DNA of 61,660 nt, the filler included, from Basidiobolus ranarum (taxonomy: Eukaryota), in the NCBI GenBank assembly GCA_040143965.1. It is 15 parts of 15 records of this genome, joined end to end, with 100 filler letters (N's around TTAATTAATTAA, not from the genome) between each part and the next. Parts side by side here need not be neighbours in the genome. Positions count along the whole stretch, not along the records: positions 49,438 to 53,446 come from JASJQH010002162.1; positions 53,547 to 57,555 come from JASJQH010002163.1; positions 57,656 to 61,660 come from JASJQH010002164.1; 12 more parts are not named here. One strand, given 5' to 3'. Both the position numbers and the translations under genes were made by a program. This document shows, one piece after another, positions 50,264-61,660 of this stretch. The number at the start of each line of letters is the position of its first letter. Positions within the stretch are counted from its first letter, which is position 1. The notes under the pieces are model-generated. The model had not been told where the DNA came from. It worked only from the letters and a program-made list of their open reading frames with translations, and searched no databases.

Positions 50264-51188
50264 CTACTGCTAGTATAAGCCACCATTGGTTCACATGAAA
50301 TGAATAGAAAATAGATGAAGCTAACGCATTCTTAGAGTAAACAATGAAGCCTAGATGAAATCGGAATCAGAATCAGGAATAGCACACAATTTCCATCGTA
50401 GGGAGTGATTTTCGAAATAGAATCCATGACCAAACTGCTAAAAATAGCCATCTACCGATTTTGACAACAACTACTCTTTTTACTCTATCTAATCCTCTAC
50501 TTGAGGTGATCCGTCTCAATATAGACTGGACATATTGATCAGTAAAGGCATATATTTGTATTTCAATCATTCTGCTGTTCGATTGTTTCTATGTTCCATT
50601 GGTCGCTTCATGCGTTTCAAGCCTAAGGCTATGATGTTTACTACGGGAATGGTGGATTCTATTTATGTTTTCCAAACGAAAAAATCACTTTACAAACAAA
50701 ATGGCCTTCCATATAAGTGCAATTCAGCGATCGCAGATAGCGGTGGTCTGGGAAGGCATTTATTATAGAAAGGCAGTGGGGGACGTGGATATCCGACGTA
50801 AAAACATTGATACCTTTCGAGGTATTCATTTGTGGTTCACTTATAATAAATCAATCATTCTTCTTTTTTCTCTTTCTCTCGTTCTTTCTTTGATTTATTC
50901 ATCAGTACTCCCTGCTTACCTATCCCTTCGCTACTAGTGACTGGTAAACATATTAGGCTTTACTCTAGAGAATAATAGACCTTAATCTTCCTTCCTTCGT
51001 TGATATCGATTGAAAGTGAGCTGCAAGATTTTTTGCATCTACTCTCTGCGACAGCTTTGACTTCGCTGATACAATTTGTGTAGCTCAATAATATAACTGG
51101 TAAGTTTTATTGACCTTGTGGTTATACTCGGGCGATAAATCGTTAACAAAACTTGTGTGTAGCTTTTTAGATATTCATTGTGTTTAAA

Positions 51189-53446
51189 ATGAGCTCACCC
51201 ACCACAACATCATACGATATGGTAACCCTCTCTCCATCTTCGGAGGATGCCATCACTCATGTCCTACAGGAGAATTTCCAACGGGATAGTGTATATTTAA
51301 AAATCGGTGCTCACGTACTTGTTTCTTTAAATCCTTTCAAAGAGCTACCCACATGTGGCGATGCCGAGCTAGAAGAGTATGTGGCCGATCTAAAGGATAC
51401 CAGACCTACCATTGGGGATCGCTTGAGGCCTCACATATTCCAAGTCATAAACAATGCATACTTGGAGATGCGCCGAACTGGTTATAATCAATCCATAGTT
51501 TTTAGGTAATTTGAGGGAACAAATTTCCAAAATATTGGATCAAATAGTAACTGACATTTTCTATATCTAGTGGAGAGACAGGAAGCGGTAAATCTACCAG
51601 CAAATTACTTGCTTTACGAGCTCTAGGTAAAGTTAGAGAATCTTCGAAAAAGGAAACTCATGTTGTGAAACTCATCACCAACGCATGCAAGATCCTGGAA
51701 GCATTTGGAAATGCTAAAACCTCCAAGAATAACAGTGCCTCTCGCTTTGGAAGCTACATCGAGGTACAGTTCAACGAGCGTGGGCGTATTCTAGGTTCCA
51801 AATTTTTGGAGTATTTACTTGAAAAATCTCGTGTGACAAATTTTATTCACGGTGAACGTAATTTCCACATCTTTCACTATTTACATAGTGGTGCCTCCAT
51901 CAATGAAAGTGTTAATTTCCAATTCACCGAAACCGCACAGTACAATTACCTTCCGCAGAGCCCTTCTGACCCAAAACAAGAAGATGCTCTTAAATTCGAA
52001 GAACTTCGTGAATGCATGAAATCCCTTGGACTTAACAAAAAATACCAGAGTCAAATATTTCGTTTACTAGCTGGTATTATGCATTTGGGTAACATTGTTT
52101 TCGTCGACCCGCACAATAAGAATACCGAAGCTGCATCTGTTGAAAATGTAGAGGTTTTGGATACGGTAGCCGAGTTCTTCGGAGTTGAAGCGGTTGCTCT
52201 TGAAAGCATCTTGACCTACAAATCGCAAATGATACAGAAAGAGATGTGCACCATTTTCCTTGACGCTAATCAAGCTGCAGTTCAAAGAGATAACCTGGCC
52301 AAGGCATTATATTCGTTATTGTTCAGTTGGATTGTGGAGTTCATCAATAGTAAGCTATGCTGTGAGGAACAAACGAACTTTATTGGATTTGTCGACATGA
52401 TGGGATTCCAAACCCCAGCTATTGACTCCTTCAATCAATTTTGTGTGAATTTTGCTAACGAGCGTCTACACAACTTCTTCAATTATCAAATATTTGAATT
52501 GAACAATGCCGATTACCGTGAACAGGGAATCCCAGTCCCCAGCACTGCTTAGTTCGACAATTCTCCTTGTATTGATCTCATGATGAAGCCTAAAACAGGG
52601 CTTATCTCTATCATGGATAGCCTTGCCAACAAATCTAAAGCTGACGTTTCCGATCAGGATTTGCTTGAAGCTTTTGATCTTGCTCAGAATAGCCATGACA
52701 ATTACATTAGTCCTCCGGGAGAGTCTCGATCTGCTTTTGCGATTCGCCATTATTCTGGTAAGGCTAGCTATCCAATCCAAGGATTCATGGAGAAGAACCT
52801 CGGAAGCATTGGATCTGACTTTATTGGCCTCTTCTGTGGCGGATCCGATGTAGCCTCCTCTACCAATACATTTATTGCCGGTCTGTTCTCCGATAAAACT
52901 GTCTCTTACCAATCGCATCCCAGAAATAATTCCACCATCATTACCGCTCAGCAATCTGCAGCTCCTACTAGAAAGCCTTCGACACGTCGTACTAGAAACA
53001 ATGACAAAGAATCCAAAACCAAAGTTAACTGTGTCGCCACACAGTTCCAACAAGCCATCGACGATCTTGTCGATACACTTGGGGAAACCACTCCTTGGTT
53101 TGTTCTTTGCCTTCGCCCCAGTATTGATCAGGTCCCGAATAGCTTCGATTTCCACCATGTTAAATCCCAAGTTCGTCATTTGGGCCTCAGCCAAGTTATC
53201 GAGCGTCAGAAAATTGAATATACCTCCTCAATTTCCTATGAAGATTTTGTAGCGCGTTATGGAAATCATATCGATTTACATGGGCCTATATCTCGCGAGA
53301 CATTGGGTCAATTCCGCTCGGATCTCGGATGGTCAGATACTGACATGGTCTTGGGTAAAACCAAGTTGTTTTTGAATTTCTCGGCCAGGAAGTATTTGGA
53401 GGATAATTTACGTACAGCGGAAAATGAAGATTATCAACGCCGTAAA
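51189..53446 (+). CDS. Myosin motor domain of a class V/VII-type myosin-chitin synthase (myosin-17-like); in-frame TAG at 52550-52552; 3' truncated
   Basis: Exon 1 has LVSLNPF and PHIFQ. Intron 51506-51570 is followed by P-loop SGETGSGKS, LEAFGNAKT..NNSASRFG, ERNFHIF, FCVNFANERL, IITAQQSAAPTRKPSTRR and TPWFVLCLRP. The QS..P.R.PS.RR segment is typical of chitin-synthase myosins. The synthase domain itself is not in the contig. Confidence 0.85.
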
Positions 53447-56400
53447 NNNNNNNNNNNNNNNNNNNNNNNNNNNNNNNNNNNNNNNNNNNNTTAATTAATT
53501 AANNNNNNNNNNNNNNNNNNNNNNNNNNNNNNNNNNNNNNNNNNNNCTATGCTTGATAAAATACCAGATTGAAAACCGTCAAGTCATCTTAACTAACTTT
53601 GAAACATGTTTAACTATCTAAACTCAAACACACGGTACAATGCTAGCTATTTCAATTGTATTCTTGGTGCTCTTCTATAGGATGCATGCAGCCGTGGGCT
53701 ATTTACAAAGACATATATGAAGTGCCCAGTCGAAATTCCCGTTGTATTGTTACGTTGCGACCCAATGACCGGATCAAGTATGACATTGGACGAAGAGAAC
53801 ATCCTCCATCCCTGTGGACAGCCATAGGCGATGAAACTTAGTACTCCATTCCCGTCTTGACAGCTTTAGTCATTGGAGTGACCGATGAAGATTAAAGAGT
53901 TTTAGTATTGTCTCCCTTTAAGAGCTTGTTCAACCCTGGGTACTTGACTACCCCATTGAATTTGGTACAGACAGCCTCGGAAAATGAATGACCTCTTTGT
54001 CGGTGTTATTTCGGTGATGTGATTCCACCTTCTGTACCAGCGGTTGGAAATTTATTCCGATATCTCTGGGTATGGCACCAAATTAATATGGAATTAACAT
54101 CACATTATCCTTGTGGGTGGTTCTCCAAAAGATTACAATGTATATTATATTATAACATTAACGCCATTAGCATGTCTATTTTTGGTAGTTGATCATTACA
54201 TATGATGTATTCATCCACAAAACAGTGCTTCCAATCTCTTGTTCCATGGAGTATAGCAGTGATTTCAAAGATAATATTGAATTTATTGTGTGATATAATA
54301 GACAACCATTTCATACTACTCCCGATTACTTAAGACTAGCACCATCCTTTACACAATTCCAAAAGAGGACAAAACCGCCCAGGTCCTAGTGGAGAAGAGA
54401 GTTTTAAAAAACACTACTACATATATAAATATATGAGCTATGATTATTATATGTTTCAACAACTGAATATTATAATCTAGACAAGTATGTTTTGACTGTA
54501 CGAGAGAATTCATAGAATTTGTCCCATTGAAATGATTTAATTGCAAAAAGTATCGGCATATGTAAATTTTACAAATGAAGAATGGAGTACTAGCTATGTT
54601 ACACTATGGCAAGAGATATTTATATGTTCCAACGGTGTTGCGATTGAGTTCAAATAATATTTACTCTTGGAGATGTTTTGCTGTCAGCAAATCAATCATA
54701 AGCTCACTATTTTTTCTACTGCGCAATTCTTCAGCATTTTGTAATTATTACTGGGGTCATATGGGCTTTTTATAGGAGCCTTAGAAAAATAGAGTTGTGA
54801 ATAGTGTGTGAGATAAATATCTATTGACCAGAAATAAAGCATTTATACTCTTTGATGAAGTTACCATGAACTAACAATGTGATTGTGTTTCAAACATCTA
54901 TGGGAATATATTAAGCTATCTTTGCAACAATGTAGATGACTCTGCTTTCTGGTACAACACTGCTAATTTGCACATAGTTCACATATATAAAATACATGTT
55001 CCACTGTTTAGCTCAGTAATACTGGACTCAATAATGTTAGCCATCTTAGATGTGATATATTAAGCAGTTAGGTGTATAAAAATAGGGATTACAAATATGA
55101 TAAAGACAACACACTTCAATAATTATTAACAATGGTTGTCTCCAGAGAATGTAGCATATCAAGATTGGGCTAGTCTCTCAGAATCAATCAATAAAGGATG
55201 TTAAAGAGGTCACCACACTTACATACTTGATATTTACCTACATTTAATGAAGAGCACCTGATAAAAAAAGGTGCGTATGTAAACAAAGAAGTGGTTATTT
55301 CAACTGAAATTGGCAGGAGTTAGGCCATTTTCTAGTTGTCAAATGCATTAAGATATGGTATTAATGCCTGAAAGTTTGGTATATGTCTCCGGTTTCAACA
55401 AACATATTCATCAAGATAAAACCAGAGAAATTCAGATCAAATATTATCTATACTAACTACTACCAACAAGCATATTAGTTACCAGAAACATGTCAACTGA
55501 AATAGTAATCCAAGCTTTGACTTACGTAGTTGATCCACGGGCCAAACAATATCAGCTGCGTGCTATTGATTTTTGTTTCTATGACATTGAAATAGTGAGC
55601 TTACTTTTAAAGTTTAGTACCTTTAACATATTTATTATATCTACCTTTATACATCCAACTATTTCATATATCACAACAAAGTTAGTTGGCATCATTCAGT
55701 CAAGTATTACTTAGTTGAGAACTGGAACATATTTTTCATATACATGTGAATTATTTGGGAATTAGCAATGGCATGTTGGAAGTTTCAAACTTGTCTAAAA
55801 TGTCTCAAAATAGCTCATTTTACTCCTACGGATGTTCTGAGCACAACCCCATTGTTGGGTTTCTATAATTCTACTAAGCAGTTCAAATATTTTACTTTGC
55901 TTCAATAAATTGTTAGCTCATGAGTGCAACCCAACTCCATTTTTCTAAAGCTCCTCCAGGCAGTCCAGGCTTGTTTGATTAGTATGAACAGAATACAGGA
56001 ACAAATGACTTTCACTTGTATGAAAGATAAGACTTGTTCTCACAATTTAAATAGAAATGTAATTCCACACACCCCAATGTTCTAATAATCATAATCATGT
56101 TCTCTATATATCAGCAGAATGTAATTAAAAGACTGTGCTCTGTTTACTAGATGCTTTAAGAGGCTTCATCATCCAAGTGCGGATCTGATGGAAAAGATAA
56201 GAATATCATAATGTAGTACTTTAAAGATACAAAGCCATGTGAGGTTACTTGTCCCAACATAAAGAACTAAAACCATGTTTACTTGCGAAAGACATTTCAT
56301 AGATTATGAGATCATAACAGATTCCCTATCCACAATTAGCCATTACTAAAGCCTTTTGGCAACTGTTAATATTATTTCTATCACAAGCTTAGCAACTGTT

Positions 56401-58021
56401 TCTTGGCTCTCTGTCAAATCAAGTAAAATTTCAAAAAAAATTGACCTGATATTATGATGATAGCTCAATCTAGAAATTTGCAATCAAAATAGTGAATCAG
56501 CTGTGAGCCATAGTGTACAGGTATGGTTGAATCTATTTTTGATATATTTAGACAATCCATTTCATTATCTAAGATTGCAGCCATAGTGTTGAAAGTGATT
56601 TACCTTCTTTATAATAGCTTGCTTTACGGTACCCAGAAACCCGCCATAACGTACTACCTCTTTCACATGGTTACACCAGCTTGTATACCGTGCCTCTAAT
56701 ACCAGAACACTAGCTAGCAAGAATCATTCCAAATCATTCAAAAAAATGCAGCATCATGTATATACATAATACCCTAACATGAAGAAAGCCTGATAGTACT
56801 CTCATAATGTTTACTGTTTAATGTAATAACCACACTCCATTGATAGGTGGTCAAAACTTGTATCAATGGTCCATCTTCTTGACCAGACCCTTACCAGCTG
56901 ATTCTCAATCAGTGATACATTCACATCAAAAAGGTATACCATACACCATATTCGGACATATAAGAACATGGTTGGCAAAATAAATTTCTAATTGTTTAGG
57001 GTGTTTAGAGCTAGAATAATTTTGGATAAGAGATCCAGAGCCACTCGCTAATGTATGGTGGGTAGATTTGCATGCAAGTTTGGAAATTACTTTAATGTAT
57101 ATCACCATTACAATAATCAATTTTTAATATACCTCTCTATTCTAGGTTTAGACCGCTAGTGAAATTAAGCTATCACCTACAACGACAATCACTAGGTAAG
57201 AATGTTCCATTCATTTTATGCGAAAAATTCATCCAAGTTAGGCAGGGTGAATTTGCTCGAATTTTCTAGATATCCTAGAGGCCGTGGAGTCAAGGTCATA
57301 TTTGACATTATTGTAATTTAATACATATTGCTGCCAGAAATTGGTCCGCTTTATGCCTTGAAACTAGATTACGGAGCAATCTGGGGCCATTGCTAACTGC
57401 AACGAACATTCAGGATGAAATCAATTCTCCACAACATAGGGTAAATTATTTAAGCGATGCATTGGTGCCTTTCATCTCATTTCCACCGTCACTCCAATCG
57501 ATATACAATAAATGCAAAGAGAACCCGACACTAGGTGTAGCGAAAGGTAGCTTATNNNNNNNNNNNNNNNNNNNNNNNNNNNNNNNNNNNNNNNNNNNNT
57601 TAATTAATTAANNNNNNNNNNNNNNNNNNNNNNNNNNNNNNNNNNNNNNNNNNNNGTGACTAATATTTCTTGGTTAAAAGAAGTATGTATGTGTAAAATA
57701 ACTAAAAGAGGCGATATATATCACGGTATCACCATTGTAAGGGGAAGGAGTAAAGAGGATAAATCTTGATTACCGAATTAGTTGATAATGCGATTAGGAA
57801 CATGACTTCAAACTGACTTGTGCTACTTACAAGAGAATAGCTGAAAATAGCTTCTTCCAATCACTTGTCGAATAAGAAGGGTGTGGTAGTCGAGGCCACT
57901 TAATTGGTTGATCACAAATTTGAGGAAAGTTTGCTAATAGCTTGGGTCAGTAAAAAGGGTTCGGGCATATATATATATAGAGTCCTTCACAGAATAATAT
58001 TAATCATATCTAACAGCACAG

Positions 58022-59545
58022 ATGTCTGGAGATCAGCTTGCAAATCTTAACGATACTAAGTTAACTGGGTGGCATTTACGTGCTATCATTGTTGCTGGTA
58101 TCGGTTTCTTTACTGATGCCTACGACATTTTCATCATTAATCTGGCTGTTCCTATGATGGGCTACGTTTATTATGCTGAGAACAATAATAAGGTTCCTAA
58201 ACAGTTCGAGGGTCCATTGAAAGGTGCTACAGCTTTTGGTACATTGATCGGACAACTACTCTTTGGATATCTTAGTGACAAACTCGGACGCAAGAAGATG
58301 TACGGTTCTGAGCTGATCATCATTATTTTTGCTACATTCTGTTGTGCTATTGCTGGGTCCTGGGGTAAAGGAGTGAACGTCATTGCTGTTCTTGCTCTTT
58401 GGCGATTTATTCTTGGAATTGGTATTGGCGGTGACTATCCGGTTAGTGCCGTCATTACTTCGGAATTTGCATCCACAAAACGTCGTGGTATGATGATTTC
58501 CGCAGTGTTTGCTTCCCAGGGTATTGGAATTCTTGTTGCCGCTTTGTTCACCGTGATGATCCTGGCTTGTTTCCAAACTCTCATTCGTGAAGATCAAGCC
58601 AACTTGGACTATGTATGGAGATTGATGCTTGGATTCGGATGTGTCCCTGCCATCTTCACCGTATGGTTCCGTTTAAATATGCCTGAATCCCCTCGTTATA
58701 CCATGGAAGTTAAGGGTAATTCTGAGCAAGCTGCCAAGGATCTTGAAGCAGTATTGGGAGAACAGGATAAGAGTACACAAATGAATGATTTCTCTCAGAA
58801 TGAGAAATTAGGACAAGTTGTACCAGTTTTTGCTAACAACGAAGACACCTTCACTCAGCACTTCGGCAAGTGGAAGAACCTAAAGGTATTGCTTGGTACC
58901 TCCCTGTCCTGGTTCTTCTTGGACATTGCCTTCTACGGTCTTTCCCTCAATCAGTCATATGTCTTGCAAGCCATTGGGTACTCCTCCAAAGGATTATCAG
59001 CATATGATGCCATGTGGACAGAAGCAATTGGTAACATGATCATCTCATTAATGGGAACCGTACCTGGGTACTGGTTTACTGTATTCCTCATTGAGCGTAT
59101 GGGTCGTATCAAGATCCAGTTGATGGGTTTCATGATGCTTACCATCATCTTTGTCATTCTATCTGCTGGCTTCAACAAGATCCGCGACACAGCATTGGCT
59201 CTTTTCATCGCTCTCTTCACTCTCGCGCAATTCTTCTTCAACTTTGGTCCTAACACCACCACCTTTGTACTTCCCTCGGAAGTGTTCCCGACTCGGTTCC
59301 GTTCTACCGCTCATGGTATCTCTGCTGCCTCTGGTAAGCTTGGTGCCATTATTGCCACTTTCGGTTTCAATCAATTAGTAGAGATCGGTGGTGCCGATGG
59401 TGAACACGCCTTCCTCCCACAGACATTAGGTATCTTTGCCGGTATCATGTTCCTCGGCTTCTTGACCACCTTCTGGATCCCGGAGACAAAGGGTAAATCT
59501 TTGGAAGAGATCTGTGATGAGATCGAGAACTCTGACAAGAAATAG
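58022..59545 (+). CDS. PHO84: High-affinity phosphate:H+ symporter (MFS)
   Basis: AGIGFFTDAYDIF, DKLGRK, GIGIGGDYP.SA.ITSE, PESPRY, WFFLDIAFYG, NFGPNTTTF..P.E.FPTR.RSTAHGISAASGK and PETKG motifs. Intronless, 507 aa. Confidence 0.96.
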   Translation: MSGDQLANLNDTKLTGWHLRAIIVAGIGFFTDAYDIFIINLAVPMMGYVYYAENNNKVPKQFEGPLKGATAFGTLIGQLLFGYLSDKLGRKKMYGSELIIIIFATFCCAIAGSWGKGVNVIAVLALWRFILGIGIGGDYPVSAVITSEFASTKRRGMMISAVFASQGIGILVAALFTVMILACFQTLIREDQANLDYVWRLMLGFGCVPAIFTVWFRLNMPESPRYTMEVKGNSEQAAKDLEAVLGEQDKSTQMNDFSQNEKLGQVVPVFANNEDTFTQHFGKWKNLKVLLGTSLSWFFLDIAFYGLSLNQSYVLQAIGYSSKGLSAYDAMWTEAIGNMIISLMGTVPGYWFTVFLIERMGRIKIQLMGFMMLTIIFVILSAGFNKIRDTALALFIALFTLAQFFFNFGPNTTTFVLPSEVFPTRFRSTAHGISAASGKLGAIIATFGFNQLVEIGGADGEHAFLPQTLGIFAGIMFLGFLTTFWIPETKGKSLEEICDEIENSDKK

Positions 59546-60762
59546 ATATTGACGATCTTGTACCATTATCATCACCGGGACATCCAAGAATATCCTGTTG
59601 ATTTATACTCTACTTATGAAATTTTTATTACAACTCGCACTACTCAAACATATTGCATCGAAATATGCCTCACGTACAGGCGTTTCCTCTCATGTACTCA
59701 CCATTAACTTTGTACAGATACTGACTTTAATTCAGCTTACCTTTTACCAACTTTCACCTGTTTAATATATAGAAGCAGTTAACCATATTATTAAATAAAT
59801 TACCGTCAAGTGTACTTGTGTGTATTTAATCCTTTTTCTTATACTAGGAATTACACAACATTCACATATTCTGTCAAATTATGATTGACTTAAGATTCAT
59901 ATTCGGTGTTCCAGATAGAGGGAGAAGATAACTTTGTTCCGTGTGAGTCTGTCTTGCTAACATAATTCTTTAGTTTAGTCAGTGATTTGTAGTAGGATCG
60001 ACACTATTAATGTCGGTATGTTGAGGGAAGTGGTGCTCCATAGATACTGGTGACCTATATGTGACATGGTAATTTCCGTTATCATGGATGATGATGAATT
60101 GACTGATTAGCTTTATTTCGAATGTGTTATTTTTATAGGGTTGATGAGGAGAAAATCGAGTGTCATTCCTGCCGGATTTGGGAGTGTGACAATTTTTGAA
60201 ACTTATAACCTATTTCCGATGTTGGTTCATTTCGAAATTTAGATCTAAGATAGAATGATAGTAGGGAATTGCCCTAAAAGTTAGTAACGCTTCACTAGAT
60301 AGTCTTGCATTTTAGTAACGGTTTTGGCGAATGTGAGGCGTGTAGGGAAGATATGAAGGTAAATCTTGATGAAGGTCGAGGTTTGGCCATAGGCTATATG
60401 TGTGCAAAATGTTGAATTGATTGGAACAATATATTATCTCCAAAAGTGCCATAGCTTTTTGTTCATTAATCCAATATTTTAACACATTGTGTTACAGTGC
60501 TTAGATCAACTATTCTTTAAATAGTGGTTTCTCTTAGAATTGATATGTGTTATCAGTCGCGTAGCATGCTATCTTGAACCGTCCGTGAATATTGCTCAAT
60601 AATACTAAGTCGTAGATCTTTCTCAACAGTCGACCATCAATATAAGCTTCCTTCAGATTCCAGTTGCCTTCTTTGGGTTCCTTCTCTGTTCTTTTATTTA
60701 TCATAAATTATGCTAATGTTTCAGTGACGTTCTCGTTTGATTTATGGTGTTATTTATCCTTT

Positions 60763-60819
60763 GTGGTAGCGCGTCAGTCTCGTAAACTGAGGTCGCCAGT
60801 TCAATCCCGGCAGCAGGCA
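60763..60819 (+). pseudogene. 5'-truncated tRNA-Thr(CGT)-like sequence
   Basis: GTGGTAGCGCG-TCAGT-CTCGTAA-ACTGA-GGTC-GCCAG-TTCAATC-CCGGC-AGCAGGCA. The anticodon arm is perfect and a B box is present, but there is no adjacent 5' acceptor strand. Confidence 0.65.
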
Positions 60820-61660
60820 TTATGTTTCTGGAAATTCCGACTCAATCAAATATAACAGATAAAAAACAATTAGGTTGATAACTAGCTGTACTCAAATATG
60901 TTGACTATGAAAGACCGACTGTAAATGACTTTTGTGATGGAAATGCTTATTCTTACGGTATGGAGTTAAGGGTACGGAGAAGTAAATAATATAGATTAAT
61001 AGCTGTGACGACTAGAATTTCTGAACTTAAAGTAGTGATGGTGGAATTTCCTGTACTACTTATGTCATCCACTACATTGGCGAATTCCTGGTTGAATGTG
61101 AGTTATCTTTAATTGAGTTTGATACAAGGTTTGATCGATGACTTGGGCTTGATCAAATTAATATGAATCGGATAAAGCACTACTTTCACTTGATGACTTC
61201 CCAGTAACTTGATCTAACAATGCTTGATCAGGGTGTAGTTGAGTAATATTTAAATATTTCAGTGCAGAAGAAAGTGAAGGGGAGGATTGTTGGTCTTTGG
61301 AGGGTATAGCTTGTTCAGATCCCCCTTGTTCCTCATCAGCCTGATCAGGTGTATTCTCAGATGGACTTTCTAGGGACTCTTCTGGAGTTATTGTAGGTGG
61401 ATCTATATCTGTTTCATTCTCCTCGCTAGGGTTTTTCTCATCCTGGTTTTAACCAGGTAGTGGCTGTTCATCAGGTTGATTTTCAAATGACTCTTCTGGC
61501 TCCGTTTATACTTCAGCCCCTTCAGACTGTGGTTGTTCATCGACTTATGACTCCTCCATCAATATTGGCAGACTTTGGGTTAGAATGCCAGTCATTTCTG
61601 TTGGTTGGTACTGTTGGGCTTCAATCTGGTTATTTTGTTCTGGCACCATTTGTACATAGG

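Noticed and set aside
52550-52552. TAG reassignment (alternative genetic code)
   Set aside because: TAG terminates other genes here (chitin synthase, PHO84, ERG1), and no other intact gene has internal TAGs.
6654-53446. Apparent chitin gene cluster (chitin synthases, CBM19, LPMO)
   Set aside because: The genes lie on different, unlinked contigs.
53547-57555. Gene-free contig, partly CpG-poor
   Set aside because: Probably ancient repeat debris, but I could identify no diagnostic motif, so it is not annotated.
4029-57655. Regularly spaced TTAATTAATTAA palindromes about every 4.1 kb, and ORFs ending in X..LIN
   Set aside because: These are artificial spacers joining size-sorted contigs. The periodicity, and any gene neighbourhood across them, has no biological meaning.
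58171-59378. Antisense and alternate-frame ORFs over PHO84 (and likewise over other long genes)
   Set aside because: These are shadow ORFs produced by the codon bias of the real genes.
61150-61660. Pro/Glu-rich broken minus-strand frame at the window end
   Set aside because: It is interrupted by stops and has no diagnostic motif. It may be a retroelement linker region, but that is unsupported.

Overview
This is not one locus. The window holds 15 unrelated ~4.0-kb contigs (4028 down to 4005 bp, sorted by decreasing length), joined by 100-nt N44-TTAATTAATTAA-N44 spacers. The DNA is AT-rich fungal nuclear sequence with short GT-AG introns. The gene content suggests an early-diverging fungus, possibly Basidiobolus-like, which is inference only. 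Host genes: SRAP/HMCES, a pepsin-like protease, a histidine phosphatase, chitin synthase, a BAR-PH (Slm1-like) protein, ERG1, an SH3 protein, secreted repeat proteins, a CBM19 tail, DUF1963, DUF1279, RPL1, an MgtA-type Mg-ATPase, an AA11 LPMO with CBM5/12, a myosin-motor chitin synthase carrying a nonsense codon, and PHO84. Several contigs are CpG-depleted transposon graveyards (Ty1/copia with a half-tRNA primer site, CACTA-like). The standout is contig 7 (24746-28764). It encodes nine different intronless tRNA genes and nothing else recognisable. Its first and last 111 bp are identical, so it looks like a collapsed 3908-bp tandem or circular tRNA array unit. It carries all five tRNA types that take mcm5U/mcm5s2U at the wobble base in yeast.
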